A stretch of DNA of 64,000 nucleotides from Selaginella moellendorffii (taxonomy: Eukaryota; Plantae; Lycopodiophyta), in the NCBI RefSeq assembly GCF_000143415.4, contig NW_003314383.1:62001-126000 (forward strand), read 5' to 3'. Below are positions 1 through 12,843 of this stretch, piece by piece (within the stretch, counting starts at the first letter, position 1; each line of letters begins with the position of its first letter). The notes under the pieces were generated by a model. That model was not told the DNA's origin. It saw only the letters and a program-made list of their open reading frames with translations, and ran no database searches. The position numbers and the translations under genes are program-made.

Positions 1-107
1 TCACCACATCCAAGACTCAACATAATCCGACACTACGGACTAAACATAACCAAATGATATCGACAACTTGCGCGAGGGCCCCAGTCGGAATAGCACGTGA
101 AGCGTGA

Positions 108-207
108 NNNNNNNNNNNNNNNNNNNNNNNNNNNNNNNNNNNNNNNNNNNNNNNNNNNNNNNNNNNNNNNNNNNNNNNNNNNNNNNNNNNNNNNNNNNNN
201 NNNNNNN
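108..207. other. Assembly gap (100 N)
   Basis: Run of exactly 100 N. Confidence 0.99.
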
Positions 208-289
208 AAGCAAATCTATCACTGCTAAATCATCATCGAGTGAAGCAAGTGTCAAATAGTCCTCGACGAAATCTATGAGCAATCACTAG

Positions 290-2620
290 TCGTAGAGCAA
301 CCAACAATCACTCTTTAACTTGTCTTCACAAGACCCAAACACTAAACTGACGTCATCAAGTCATATACTTGTCCAACATGAACGTAATACCTTAGATATA
401 AGATAAAAGTTCATGGACAAGCACAAACTAAATGACTACTCGAATCCAACTCAACCGCGATAAGCTCACCAATGCATTTAGTCAATAGCTCTGAGCATGC
501 CTTGAAGAGGCTAGCTATGTGATCAACACTCAGTTGAAACTAAAGTGAAGACCATGAAATGGATTCATATCGGTACACAACCTCCTCATAAACAAAGTTA
601 TAGTACAGGTACCAACATCTTAACCTAAAACAACTAAGTTGGACATCACCATCCTTAGCCAAGGCACTAGGCCACCAAGACCAAGTCAAGATCAGTGAGA
701 GCTCACTACTCTCATAGAGTCTAACAAAATGCAAGATGCAACCTGCCACCAAGCAAAACGCTATAAGAAAGGCACAAGGATCACCCTTCTTAGAAAAGTG
801 CAATGGCCACTTTTCTATACCAACTCCAGACTCTATCCAACTCAATTGCCTTAGCCTCAAAAGTTAGCATCCCTTTCGAGCTACATCATACAAATTATCT
901 ACTAAGGTTTAAGCCGATTGAAGTCAACTTCAACCCCTTCACTAGTTTGTATTGGCTTTCGAAAATGGAATGGTTTTCAAGCAAAGTGAGCCATTGGAAA
1001 AGTCTAAGAAAATTTGTGGAAAATTTTCCATCCTAGAGAAAGAATGACTCTCAGTCCAGGATTGCAAACTTTTAAGACTCAACCAACTTCCTTCTACAAA
1101 CAACTTCACATAGGTTCACCTCAACACAAATTCTCATTACCCATAATATGCTTAAGCATCAAACATTTTTGCCCATTTTTCCGATATCCAACACTAACAT
1201 CTGCAAAAATGCAAAATGAACATCCAAGGCTTGATCACGAAGACCACATCTTCGAATATCCACCTTTGCACTAACACTCTTCTTCAACCACGTTCAAGAT
1301 CCAATGTGAAGCCAAAACACTAATAAGAAAAATAATATGGAAAATCAAGCTTTAAGGAAAATTCCTCATCACTCGAAATAACAATGCCACTTCCACCAAC
1401 ACTAGTGCTAGTGATGTTAATGCCTCAACTACACACCTTCTCCATCCAACAATTTACTCCAAGTGTTAACGGATCAATCGACAAGTTATAGCAAATGAAT
1501 GTTATAACCCTTTTCCAACACCTTAATGGGCAAACTCAAGGAAACAAGGTACTAACTTAAGCTTGGCATAATGGACCACCAACGAGAATCCAGTCAAAGC
1601 TACTACAATGCTACTTCGTGCAAGTAGACTAGTTTCACCATTAACCACTTTGGGGTTGATCATCGTTTACCCAAGCAACTTCGTAAACACATTGCTCATT
1701 ATACATGGATATGATATAAATATCACAATGACTTGATCATCAATCAAGCAACACTATGAGCAATGCCTATGTCATTACTTCAAAGGTGTATGTGAATATC
1801 AAGTATCAACTCAATTCAACAAAATGCAACATAAATGCCACACCCCACCGATAGAGATTTACAACACCCGACACCACTAACTTTTGTTCACAACACAGAC
1901 AAGCTCATGCCACTTTCTCTCCAACCAAACTCAACACTAATCCAACACCAAGCTACTCAAGGAGCAATAGCAAGGTTTCTCAGAAAGAATTGAGCATTGT
2001 AACCCAAGTCTTCCAATAGCAAGCCTAGACAAAATGGTATAGCGCTTCACTACTATCCATCCCATAACTCACCACTTGTAAGACCATCATTTCCAACATG
2101 CATCAAGATAAGGATTCTTGATTGCATAATGTGAACACGAGCAATGAGTTACACCTCTTTGCAAATCATCTCTCCAAAAAGAAAAAATGATTGACGTGTT
2201 TGATCCTTCATCCCTGATGACTCTCTTTCCGGCCTCATCTTGACTAAACCTCAAGCTTGCTTTCGCACTGCCTTTAATTCAATCCAAGAAAAATTTATGA
2301 GAGAGCATGGCAATAACTACTTAAACCAATAGACTAATCCCTAATCTTTATTGATCCACTTGTAATCATGCCTAGGAAGGATCTACTAGTGCCATGCTAA
2401 ACAGCTACGGACCAGCCTATTTGCCACTTATAACAAACCTAAAAAGGTTTGCTTTCACCTATGGTATATGGAACAACTCATGGAAACACTGATATGCTAA
2501 CATTAATCCTGCCAACTCAAAGTGTAACTTTGAGTTGCTAATGTGCCTCACTCACAAGCCTAAGCTCAAACTCGTGCAAACGGAACATCTCCAAACCATT
2601 CTATGAGCCCAAGCACAAGC
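290..2620 (+). mobile_element. Possible highly decayed LINE (L1-like) ORF2 remnant
   Basis: Scattered, frameshifted motif-like fragments in LINE ORF2 order: PTITL(L)N at ~301 (cf. RPIsLLN), a KW..RF-like segment at ~2030, PKKVCFHLWYM at 2438-2470 (cf. zf-RVT PKxKFFLW) and EHL at ~2583. No open frame. Confidence 0.3.
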
Positions 2621-2783
2621 TCACATCATAAGGTACAACAAGGTAACAATATCCATACCCAAGGAACCAATTGCGAACCCTTTGCACCCAAACGTGTACC
2701 CACTCGGATTATTGTTTTCATCTCTGCGTATGCAACGAGATTAGTTGCCCAATCTCATTGGATAGTACTCGCCGAGACTCATC

Positions 2784-2794
2784 CTCTGATACCA
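2784..2794 (-). mobile_element. Primer-binding site (tRNA-iMet type) of minus-strand LTR element
   Basis: Plus strand ctctgatacca reads TGGTATCAGAG on minus, 2 nt after the ...CA end of the LTR at 2797. Confidence 0.85.
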
Positions 2795-2796
2795 AA

Positions 2797-3957
2797 TGTA
2801 GCACACATGGTTTTTTACCCTCTATCCTATGGTGATTTACCATAGAATAACACCACAAAGCGGAACCTAAACCCTCTTTGTGCCACGTGACAGATGCCAT
2901 GTGTCACATGCCACGTGTCCAAAGGAACGTGGTGTGGAGCCCTCAGTTCAGGGCCTTGGGCCACTGAACGAAAGAACGGTGCCAAACTCCCAAGCATGGA
3001 GCCAAGGAATGACGGAACCAAACCACGGAGCAACTCCCGAGCATACAGCCCAAGGAGCGAAGGGACAGGAGCCCGGAGCGATTTGGAACAGTCTTAGAGC
3101 AACCAGCATCCTAATGCCAGGACCAGTATACAAAACGGAAGCCAATGGAGTTTGGCGCTATTTCGGCATACTGGTGGCCTAACGGGGGGATAGGGGTCCT
3201 CCCCCAAGCTACCATGGTGTAGAGCTGGGGTTTAGACCCAACCCAGCCGCAGAACAAGGACAGGCCCGCAAGGGGGAGCTAGCTTTTCCCTCAGGTTGGT
3301 GGGCCATGCCCAACCTACCCACTATCCTTACTATATTTTGGGAACCCCCAATAGCCCCACCCACCCCCCCCCCCCCCCCCCGTGAGGAACACATGCTTTG
3401 GGCTTTCACCCCAAGCCTCCCTTAGTATCAGGAGTTAGTCACTGGGACAAGCTCGAAACTTACTAAATATGGAATGTCCTTAGATTACGAATTTGGACAC
3501 GGGACGAACACCATTGTGTTCAGGCCAATCTCTACATTCCGTAGATATGCCAAATAAGCAAATCTGGACACTTTCCATAAATAGCATTTGGGACCGAAAT
3601 GAGACTAACACAAAGGGCATGATAACGAGGGTGTTTGGCAGACACGGTAAGCTATCATCCAGCAATATTGAGGGACTAATCTCAATACCCGAGGGTTCTT
3701 GTCAAGCCAGTGCAAGACAGAGCAAAAGAGAACTAAGAGCCAGGCCGAGTATGCTCAGCTAGAAACACATAGGAGTTCCTACCTTATGTCCATCTGGCTA
3801 AGTACAAGTGCTAAGCCCAGTAAACTAACACTTGAACAAGAGGGACTAATAAAGGGTCCAGCAATACCGACCTCCTGCCATCGTGGCAGTAAGGTAAGAG
3901 TGTCTGTAAGGATTGGCCGACAAGTAACTTTCGATACCTGAAGTCACATTCGCGACA
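2797..3957 (-). mobile_element. 5' LTR (~1.16 kb) of a minus-strand LTR retroelement inserted into the gag of the neighbouring gypsy element
   Basis: TG...CA termini on minus (TGTCGCG at 3957, GCTACA at 2797), followed by the PBS. Bases 3148-3957 are the reverse complement of the 3' LTR starting at 8105. Confidence 0.8.
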
Positions 3958-6900
3958 GTGTGGGTCATTACTTCCATTGTGGAGAGTTAGAACATTGGTC
4001 CTTAAAATGTCCCAAGAAGCATAAGATAAGATGTTGTGCTAATGTCCTGAGGGAAGACAGTGGTGGTGAAGTTGAAGGGGTTGACGAGTTAGTTTATGTA
4101 GACTATGAGGAAGAGGAGGTGAGTTACTTTCGTTACTTTCCTTAAGTTTTTCTTATAGTCAATGTAAACACTAATCTATTGATGTATCTAGTAGGTTTTG
4201 TCCGTAGACACCGAATCCAAGTGATGATTGTCATAGGAGATACGCATAGCATGATATCCAAAGACTTATTTAAGCTGTTAGGATTGAAAGCTGAGCACAT
4301 ATCACCCATACACTTCCAGTTTGCAGAAGGTGGGAAAGTAGCCAGAAAATTTGTGAGTGATGTTCCAATAAAAATATCTAGAAAGAAAGAGTGGACTTGG
4401 TAGTGTTGAAGATACCAGATTTTCAGATGGTGTTTGGTATAGATTTCTTCAACAAATATATTAAAGGGATTTATGGTGCTCGAGAATGTCACATCATGTT
4501 AAGGTTAGAAGGATGTCCTAATGTGTCCTTCCAGTTGCAAAAGCGCTCCACAAAGGATTTGGGATGCTAAGTTTGACTACAAGAGCCATTCAAAAAGCAA
4601 CTAAGAAGGGATGTCAAACATTTTGGATTCAAGTGATGGAAGCTAAGGGTGTTAGTGACTTAGTTTGAACTGGTGATAAGGTTGATCCTGTACCAAAGAA
4701 GATATTGGAGTTGTTGGCATATCTTTCTAAAGGATTTGCCACTAAGGCTACCTCCTAGCCATGAGGTTGATCATCAGATTGAGGTTATTTCGGGTTCTAA
4801 ACCACTTACAAAAGCTCCATATCATTTGAACATGAAGGAGATGGTTGAACTCAAGAAGCAATTTGACAAAGATCATATCCGACCAAGCAAATCACCTTAT
4901 AGAGCGCTGGTCCTTTTTGTTATGAAAAAGGATAGAATCATGAGGATGTGTTTCAACTATCGGGCACTCAACAAGATCATGGTCAAAAACAATTATCCTT
5001 TGCCTCACATTAATGACTTGTTTGACCAACTTTTAAAGGCTAATTATTTTACACGACTTGATTTGTGGTCCGGGTATCATCAGATATGGGTGGTAGATCA
5101 AGATGTGGAGAAGACAGCCTTTAAGACTCAATATAAATCTTATGAGTTCCTTGTCATGCCATTTAGGTTATGCAATGCTCCAGTAATGGTCAACACAATG
5201 ATGGATAGAATATTTGGATATATTTATTGTCCTATATATCAATGATGTTCTAGTCTTTAGTGAAATGTTGGAGGATCATTTGAAATACTTGGAGTTGGTG
5301 TTTCAGAAGTTGTATGAACACAAACTATATGCTAAGGAAAATAAATGCGCTTTTGAACAATTGCACGTGAACTTTCTTGGACATATAATTGGTGGTGGCA
5401 TAATTGAGGTGGATCCAAAGAAGGTGGAAACGGTGAAGTCCTAGGAAGCCCCAACCATTGTATCAAATGTTAATTCCTTTCTTGGTTTGGCAGGATACTA
5501 TCACAAGTTTGTCTGCAATTTTGCAAGAATTGCTCTTCCGTTGACTGAGTTAATGAAAACTAGTATACTGTTTCATTGGATACCAGCTTTTCAGCGTGCT
5601 TTTGTATGGTTGAAGGAGATCTTGACTACCGTTCTTGTTCTTAGGATCCCAGATCTTGATAAACCCTTTGAAGTGCATTGTGATGCATCTGGCTATGCTA
5701 ATGGTGCAGTGTTGCAGCAAGATTGTGACAAAGCGGTTGGTGTTACACTAAGGCAATATGGTTGTTCCATTGCATTCTACTCCAAGAAATTGGATGAAAC
5801 CCAACGAGGATGGCCAATGCATGAGAAAGAGATGTTTACTATAGTGTTGGCGTTAGAACATTGGAGACACTATTTGCATGGACATACCAAGGTTTATATG
5901 AATAATAACACACTGAGCTACTTTGCTATGTAACCAAAGCTTATGCCAAAACAGGCTTATTGGCAAAAGAAGCTTGCTAGATTTGATATTGAAAACATCT
6001 ATAAAACTGGTAAAGACAATATTGTTCCAGATGCGTTGAGTTGTCAGGCTCAATTCTAGGTAGTATCGGCAATCAGTTCGGACTAGTTAGAGGACATTTG
6101 GGATTCATATAGAAGTGATTTATTGGCGAAGGCAATCGTGCACTGTGCAGAGTTGTTGAAGCAGAACCCTGGTAGTAAAGCAGCGAAAGTTGCTAGTCGT
6201 ACCAATGCGAAGCTTCACTTCTTAGTTCGGGATGGGCTTATAATCTATAAGCAAGAAAGATTGTACCTTCCCTCTAAGGATCTGCAATAGTTGTTTCTAT
6301 AGGAACATCATGATGTTTCAGTAGCAGGACATAGTGGAAAGAGAAAGACTCTTCCTTTATTGAAAAGGGGATTATTTTAGTCTAGTATGGAAGGTGATGT
6401 AGCAAACTATGTTTATTCCTGCCCTATATACCAGCAATGTAAGTGCAGAACTGAGAAACAAACTGGAAAGTTGCAATGCATTCTAACACAGGCATGGCCA
6501 TTTTAGAGTGTGATACTTGACTTCGTCACTTGCTTGCCGAAGTCTAAGGGTTATGATACTTTGATGGTGGTTGTGGATTAGTTGTCGAAGATTGCATATT
6601 TCATTCCAACTGTGGAAATAGTGAATGCAAAGTAAGCAACAAAGCTCTTTTTCCATGAAATAGTGCGGGTTTGTGGTCTTCCTAAAAAGATGATCTCGAA
6701 CAAAGATTCAAGATTTAGTGGGAAGTTTAGAGGCACACTATTCCAGTTGTTTGGTACTAAATTGAAGTTTAGTATGGCTTATCATCCTCAAACTAATGGG
6801 CAGACTGAACATGTGAATACTCATGTTGAGGATTATCTACGGTATTATGTCTCAACGGACCAACGCAACTAGGTTGAGCATTTAGACACAGTAAATATTT

Positions 6901-8104
6901 ATTATAACAACACATTTCACAACACTATTGGCTGTTCTCCATGGGAGATGTTGCAAGGGAATGCTCGAGGGGTGCCTCAATAGATTGTTGTACCAAAACC
7001 AATGTCTGAGGTGTTGGTCTTGGCCATTGAGACTTATGTGGAGCAGCTATGCTAAGGTTGATCTAGAGCTACTAAGGTGATGTGATAAGGATCAGCATTG
7101 TCAGGATGTATCCTATCAAGTGGGAGATTAGGTGTGGCTATCTTCCCGAAACTTGAATATTAAGGTATCTTTCTCTCGAAAGCTGTTACCTCGATATGTT
7201 GAACCCTATTGAGCGTTAAAATGAATTGGTGATATATCCTATTAGTTGGATATCCATAAGAGATGTCCAGACTTCATGATGTGTTTCATGTCAATTTACT
7301 GGCTCCATATCATGAGGATCCTGGCCACTCTAGGGATGTCTGTCCAGCTCTAGATGTTATTGATGGTGAATCAGAGTATCTAGTTGAGGCTATTCTTTTG
7401 TCTTATAAGGCATGTGGTGGTCAAACCAAAAAATATTTAGTTAAGTGGAAAGGTTACCCATCTTGTGAATCAATTTGGGAGCCTCTTAGGAATCTTACAC
7501 ATGCTCATGAGCTTGTCATAGAGTATGAGAATTGTAATAAAGACTAGCTCTTGTAAATCTTGTAATAAATCTTGAAAATCAATAAAGTAATATATTTCTA
7601 TAAATCAAAGTTTTATTTCCCTCATTCGTTAGTACTTAGGTCAATTTTGGTAGGCTGACTTTGGCACTTTGGTTCATGGGTTCAATCTATAACCATGGTG
7701 ATAACTATTATAGACTAATCACAAGTCCCTCTCGATAACTTATTTTTTAAAAGGGGCAACCAGTTTATAATAGTTGTCTAAATCTTCCCAAAGGGGTTGA
7801 TTTCTTGCTCAAGGGAAGTTGGGCCTCTGGCCTTCTCCTTATGTCCCTGCAGGTAAAGCCAAGTGGTACTCAAAGCAGCAAGGGTGGCTAACTCTATTAG
7901 TCATTTTCCTTGTCGGTAATGGTTGGAGGGTGTCTAAGTCTTCACATCTTTAAATGTAGAGGAGAGATAGTTCCATAACTCATTTAAGTCAGTGTGTTTC
8001 CCACATAATGTGCTTTCTGTTAACTTTCAAAGTTGTTTCCTTGACGGTTTGCTAGACACAGGTATGCATCAACGAGGACATTGATCTTCCCTAAAGGGGG
8101 AGAG
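3958..8104 (+). mobile_element. Decayed Ty3/gypsy chromovirus internal region (gag remnant, PR, RT, RNase H, integrase, chromodomain), pseudogenised
   Basis: Zn knuckle remnant FHCGELEHWSLKCP (3960). RT motifs RMCFNYRALNK, RLDLWSGYHQI, VMPFRLCNAP and YIND (degenerate YxDD). RNase H CDASGYA...EKEM. Integrase AYHPQTNGQTE and HDVFHV. Chromodomain YLVEAIL...YLVKWKGYPSCESIWEP (7263-7547). Many stops and frameshifts. Confidence 0.93.
8093..8104 (+). mobile_element. Polypurine tract
   Basis: aaagggggagag immediately before the TGTC LTR start at 8105. Confidence 0.8.
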
Positions 8105-9657
8105 TGTCGTAAATGTGACTTTGGGTATCGAAAGATACTTGTCAGCCAGTCCTTACAGACACTCTTTCCTTACTGCCACGACGGCAGAAGGTCGGTACTA
8201 CTAGTTCCCTTTATGGTCTCCACCTGAGCTAATTGAGCAAATGGTCAGCACATGTGCACTTAGACCGGAAGGGTACTAAGGAAGGAAATCCCAAGTTGTC
8301 ATTAAGTCCAGCATATTTGATCTGTTGATGAGAAACTTATATTGTTGGCTTGCACTTGCTGGTGTTGGGAACCCCTACGATATTGTGATTAATCCCTCAA
8401 TATTCGCTAGATGATAACTTACTATGTCTGGCAAACACCCTTGCTATCATGCCTTTTGTGTTAGTCTCATTTCAATATCAAATGTTATTTATGGAAAGTG
8501 TTTAGACTTGCTCATTTGGCATATCTACAGAATGTGGAGATTGTTTTGAACACAATAGTGTTTATCCTGTGTCCAAATTCACAATCTAGAGACATTCCAT
8601 ATTTAGTAAGTTTTGAGCTTGTCCTAGAGACTAACTCCTGGTACTAAGGGAGGCTTGGGGTGAAAGCCCAAAGTGTGTGTTCTTCAGAGGGGGGGGGGGG
8701 GGGCTATGGGGGCTTTCAAATATATAGTAGGGATAGTGTTTGACATGTATGTCTGACCACTTGAGACATTAGTTTGGCTCGTGCTGGGTTGTGTTGCTCC
8801 TTGTTTTGCATCTGCCTTGGGTCTAACCTCAATCTCTGTGCTACTCTAGTCACAGGGGTACCCTCCTCCTCGCGTTAGACCACTAGTATGCCAAAATCGG
8901 GCCAAAAACTGTCTGAAATCATTTTGGGGGTAGGAGTTAAATACCGGAAGCTAGTGTTTATGAAATTGTACCAAACCCTTGTTTTGTAATGCAATGGGCT
9001 TGGGTTTGGCTCCAAATTCAAGTGGGCTACAATGACCCCTCATGGACAAATGGCTCAATCTTTGAAAAACAGGACTGTGATGTAAGTGGTCTTGGACTAC
9101 TGATGTGGTAAGGGTGAATGGGCATAGCCTCAACATAATAGACTGATATATTGGTGCTACCCTTGGGTGTCAGTTATGGGCGATGGGGGCTTTCAAATGT
9201 ATAGTAGGGATAATGCTTGAAATGTATGTCCGACCACTTGAGACATTAGTTTGGCTTGCATTAGGCTATGTTGCTCCTTGTTTTGCATTTGGCCTGGGTC
9301 TAACCCTAATCTCTGTGCTGCCCTAGTCACTAAGGTACCCTCCTCCTCGCATTAGGCCACTAGCATGCCAAAATCATGCCAGACACTCTCTGACATCATT
9401 TTGTGTGTAAGAGCTAGATACGGGAATCTGGTGCTTGTGGGATTGTACCGGACCCTTGTTTCATAATGCAACGGGCTTGGGTTTAACTCCAAATTCAAGT
9501 GCGCTACAATGATCACTTATAGACAAATGGCTCAATTTTTAAGAGATGGGACTGTGATGTAAGTGGTTTTATACTACCGATGTGGCAAGGGTGAATGGGC
9601 ATAGCATTAATGTAACAGACTGATATGTTTGTGCTACCCTTGGGTGTCAGTCATGGG
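8105..9657 (+). mobile_element. 3' LTR of the chromovirus (3' end not resolved)
   Basis: Starts with TG after the PPT. The first ~800 bp are homologous to the LTR at 2797-3957. Contains a poly-G tract at ~8689-8703. Confidence 0.75.
8704..9657 (+). repeat. Tandem duplication, 2 x ~477 bp, within the LTR
   Basis: 8704-9180 and 9181-9657 align end to end (atgggggctttcaaat...gtgctacccttgggtgtcag) with mostly transition differences. Confidence 0.9.
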
Positions 9658-11747
9658 ATTGGACATGTGGAGCACTCAGACTAAATGCAAAAGCTAACTG
9701 GTATAGATGCCATTCACAAGGCTAGCAAGTCCTTAAATCCAGAATAAGACTTATGGAGGTGGTGAGTAAGACTCCTCCAAGTGGTCAGAGGTGTGGTTAA
9801 GTGACTAAAGTAGAATAGAAAAATTAATTACTTACACTATTCAATCATCAAGATAGAAGTAGACTATTTTCCAAAGTAATTGCTTAAAATAAACTTACTA
9901 ATGTCTATTTCTTTTGATAGGAGTAGCCATTGATACTAAAGTGATGCAATCTATTCATAACTAATGGCTTGGAATATTTATTGTCTAGATATTTGAGTAG
10001 TTTATTTCAAAGATTATTAGTTCATACATTTTATATACTTCATAGAGCAATTTTAAGTCATTTTAAACTTGTAGCCTAGAGATAATTAAATATATTACAG
10101 CATCAAGTATAAAGAAGTTGCTATTATATGTATAAATATGTAGTCAATGTTTTTTTATGTAATGTGTTCTACACCAGCTTGATTTGTAGTGCTATTTTCA
10201 AGAGTTTTTTAGCATTTTTAATGGATCATAGTCAAAAGTAGTTTTGGCATGGGCTGCATCAATTTTCATTGTGATGCCTTCTATACCTACCACTTCTTTT
10301 AATATTTGATTTTGAAATATTAAATATTAATATTATTCATAAGGGTAAGAGTAATAGCTCTCTTTAGAGTCCCACTCTCTTAACACCCTAGCCCTCAAGT
10401 CTAGCTCAATTAAAACATATTGGACCATTAAATGTTAATTTTAACATACAATGTGATTTCCCCAACTAAATGACAAAGTTGGACATAAGATCTTTTTTAT
10501 ACCTAATTTAAAACTTTGAAGTTTAGACTTCCTAGAGTGTTACCCTACTCCTTAACCCCAAATATCCAAAGGTACTTAACACCAAATATTTAAATACCAT
10601 TAACTAAGTGCATTTTTGTTCATATGCCTTTTTCCCTTTATATTTGAACTTGAATGAATTGGTTATTAAGTAGTTCTTTTTGTTTTCCTACAATAATGCA
10701 GAACAAAAGCTTGTCATCATTAGCAAAAAAAGTGTTTATCAACTTGAGTATCATACATGAGTTTTGCCATTATTGTGTCTCTATTACATCAATCTATCCA
10801 ATTGGGGTTGGTAGATCTAGCTAGAGTACATAAAGTAGTATTTGTGGGTTCTAGCTACACTCGGGATGTACTAATATTATACCCCCAGGCCGTGGCCAAC
10901 AACTCAAAAGTCTAGCAAACTTAGTACCTATTGATAAACTCATTGAAATGTTTATATAGGATTACTAGATGATTCTATGGTTGGATAATCAAGGACAAAC
11001 TTTTTACTAGGTTAAAGAATATTGTTCTTATAGTGATTTAAATAAATGGTATAATATGACTTGGTCAAGGTGACCAAGTGGGAAAAACACTTAAGTGAAA
11101 TGATTCCTAACAATATAATGGTATTATGAATTCAAGAAAATAATTTCTAAGTAAGGACTTATAAAAAGGTCATAAAATTGAACCATGGATAGTGTCTACA
11201 ATAGAAACTGTTAGTAAAACTTATTAGGGGTGAACACCTTTTGGACTTGGCAAAGTAAAGCCTTTTTTATAAAATAAAAAACTACCCTAATGACAAAGGT
11301 AGTGATCCTAAGTTTTTTGGTGTAATAACTAATAGGAGCAAAAGATTAATAACTAAAAATGGGTTTTTGTAATTATTAAAGGGAATTCAAATGATAAATT
11401 AGGGGAGAAACCACTATATTATAGATGCTAATGGATTATGGGAAAGTAATAAAATTCCAAAGAATGGGATTTCCAAGTGCTTTGCTTTGACGAAAGGTGA
11501 ACACTCTAAGAGATAGAGTGGTCATGTAGTTAAATGATAAAGCTATTGGAATCCTAACTCAAATTATGGATAAGTGAAATTTAGTGTATAAGTTAGTATG
11601 ATATAAAAGAAAAAATGATGGTGTCCTCAATAAAGAATTCTTTAGGATGGGGAAATAGAGTTTGCACAATATATACAATGAAAGGTGTCAAAAACATTGA
11701 TACAAGAAGTCAATATTAATCCAAAAGGTAATATTATGTTGATATAG

Positions 11748-12774
11748 TCAAGCAAATATTACTTGATGAACTTGGGGTAATCCAATAGGACAGGCATTTC
11801 ATTCCTTTTGACTTTCATGCTTGTATGTCCGTTTGGAGCCAAAAATTTCTACCGAATCAATATGTTGTGAGCATTTGGAATTGAGAGGGGAAGTTCTCAA
11901 TCTTGTAAACCTTCAAAAGGCAGTGTGTGCTTCACATATAATTATCTCCTTTCTTCTTTAATCTTCTAACAATGCTGAGTTTTAAGTTCAGTGGAATGAG
12001 GTGACTGTTTCATTCATGCAGGAAACACACCCAGAAGTTCCAACGCCTAATACCCCAAAGGCATTCTTTATTTTTCTTAATGTTGGTTAATATGGTGAAA
12101 TTTTTCTGGTTACAAAGGGATTTCGAGGAGGTGGCCATTGTGTTGGTTTTTGTTTTATGTAATGGTTAACATGTTTCAGGAGAACGAATAGGCAAGCGTG
12201 ATCATAAGCGCACGCTACATTCAAATGCCAATTCTGGTATCTTTCTGTGGTACAGGCTCCAGCAAGATTTTCAAACACACCTCCATCTCCACCTCAGCAG
12301 AAACGTGCTCGTAAGTTGAAGTCAGAAAGCTGAGGAACGAAAGAGTGGTCTCCTTTTATTTGGTAAGCTGTTGGTCTCGTCTTTCTTATCTGACTGGCAT
12401 TGTTTCCTAGAAGAACTTTCGAGTAATATCTGCACGATCAAAGCGGATCTCGTTCTATGGAAAGGAGAAATCTTATAGGGCTCGGCAATTGACCCAGAAG
12501 TTGTCCAAGAAGATCTGAGATATAATATACTGGAGGCACTTTCGCGACATTCTGCGACAAATGACAAGCTCCAACGAGGAGCTATGATCGCAAAAGTCGC
12601 AGCTAAATCACAGGCTTGCGAGGGCCACGCGAAGAACGGTGTGCTTGTGTTGTCGGGGACTTGGCTACGTACTGAAATGCTCGTTGCACTGCTTCAGTCG
12701 CAATCAAGGAAAAAGATCTGGCTCTTTCATTTGTTTTCACTTTTTTGACAGGCAAAAGGCAAAAGAAGGGTGCT
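11748..12774 (+). pseudogene. Inverted duplicate of the SWC4 3' exons/introns plus downstream intergenic DNA (partner ~59574-60678)
   Basis: Reverse-complement match, e.g. acttgatgaacttggggtaatccaat, [17 protein letters not shown] and gcaaaagaagggtgct. Introns are retained, so this is a DNA-level copy. It lacks the SWC4 5' half. Confidence 0.9.
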
Positions 12775-12814
12775 CACACTTCAGGCGTCGCGCCCTTTTG
12801 GAGTTGAAAAAGTC

Positions 12815-12822
12815 TAGGGTTT
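12815..12822 (+). promoter_or_regulatory. Telo-box (TAGGGTTT) upstream of the NLR start. Others at 20239-20246 (PHY), 28966-28973 (CPN10), 31398-31405 (APC6), 36859-36866 (HAT1), 48531-48538 (VIP3)
   Basis: AAACCCTA/TAGGGTTT octamers lie within ~100 bp upstream of six predicted ATGs. This is a known plant promoter/5'UTR element. Confidence 0.55.
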
Positions 12823-12843
12823 GCGTGGGGCTGCCGAGAGGCG

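Noticed and set aside
9699-9710. tggtatagatg resembling a PBS
   Set aside because: Imperfect match, and not preceded by a CA LTR end.
9660-11747. AT-rich, CpG-depleted stretch
   Set aside because: No ORFs or reliable motifs. Probably old TE debris, but the family cannot be assigned by eye.
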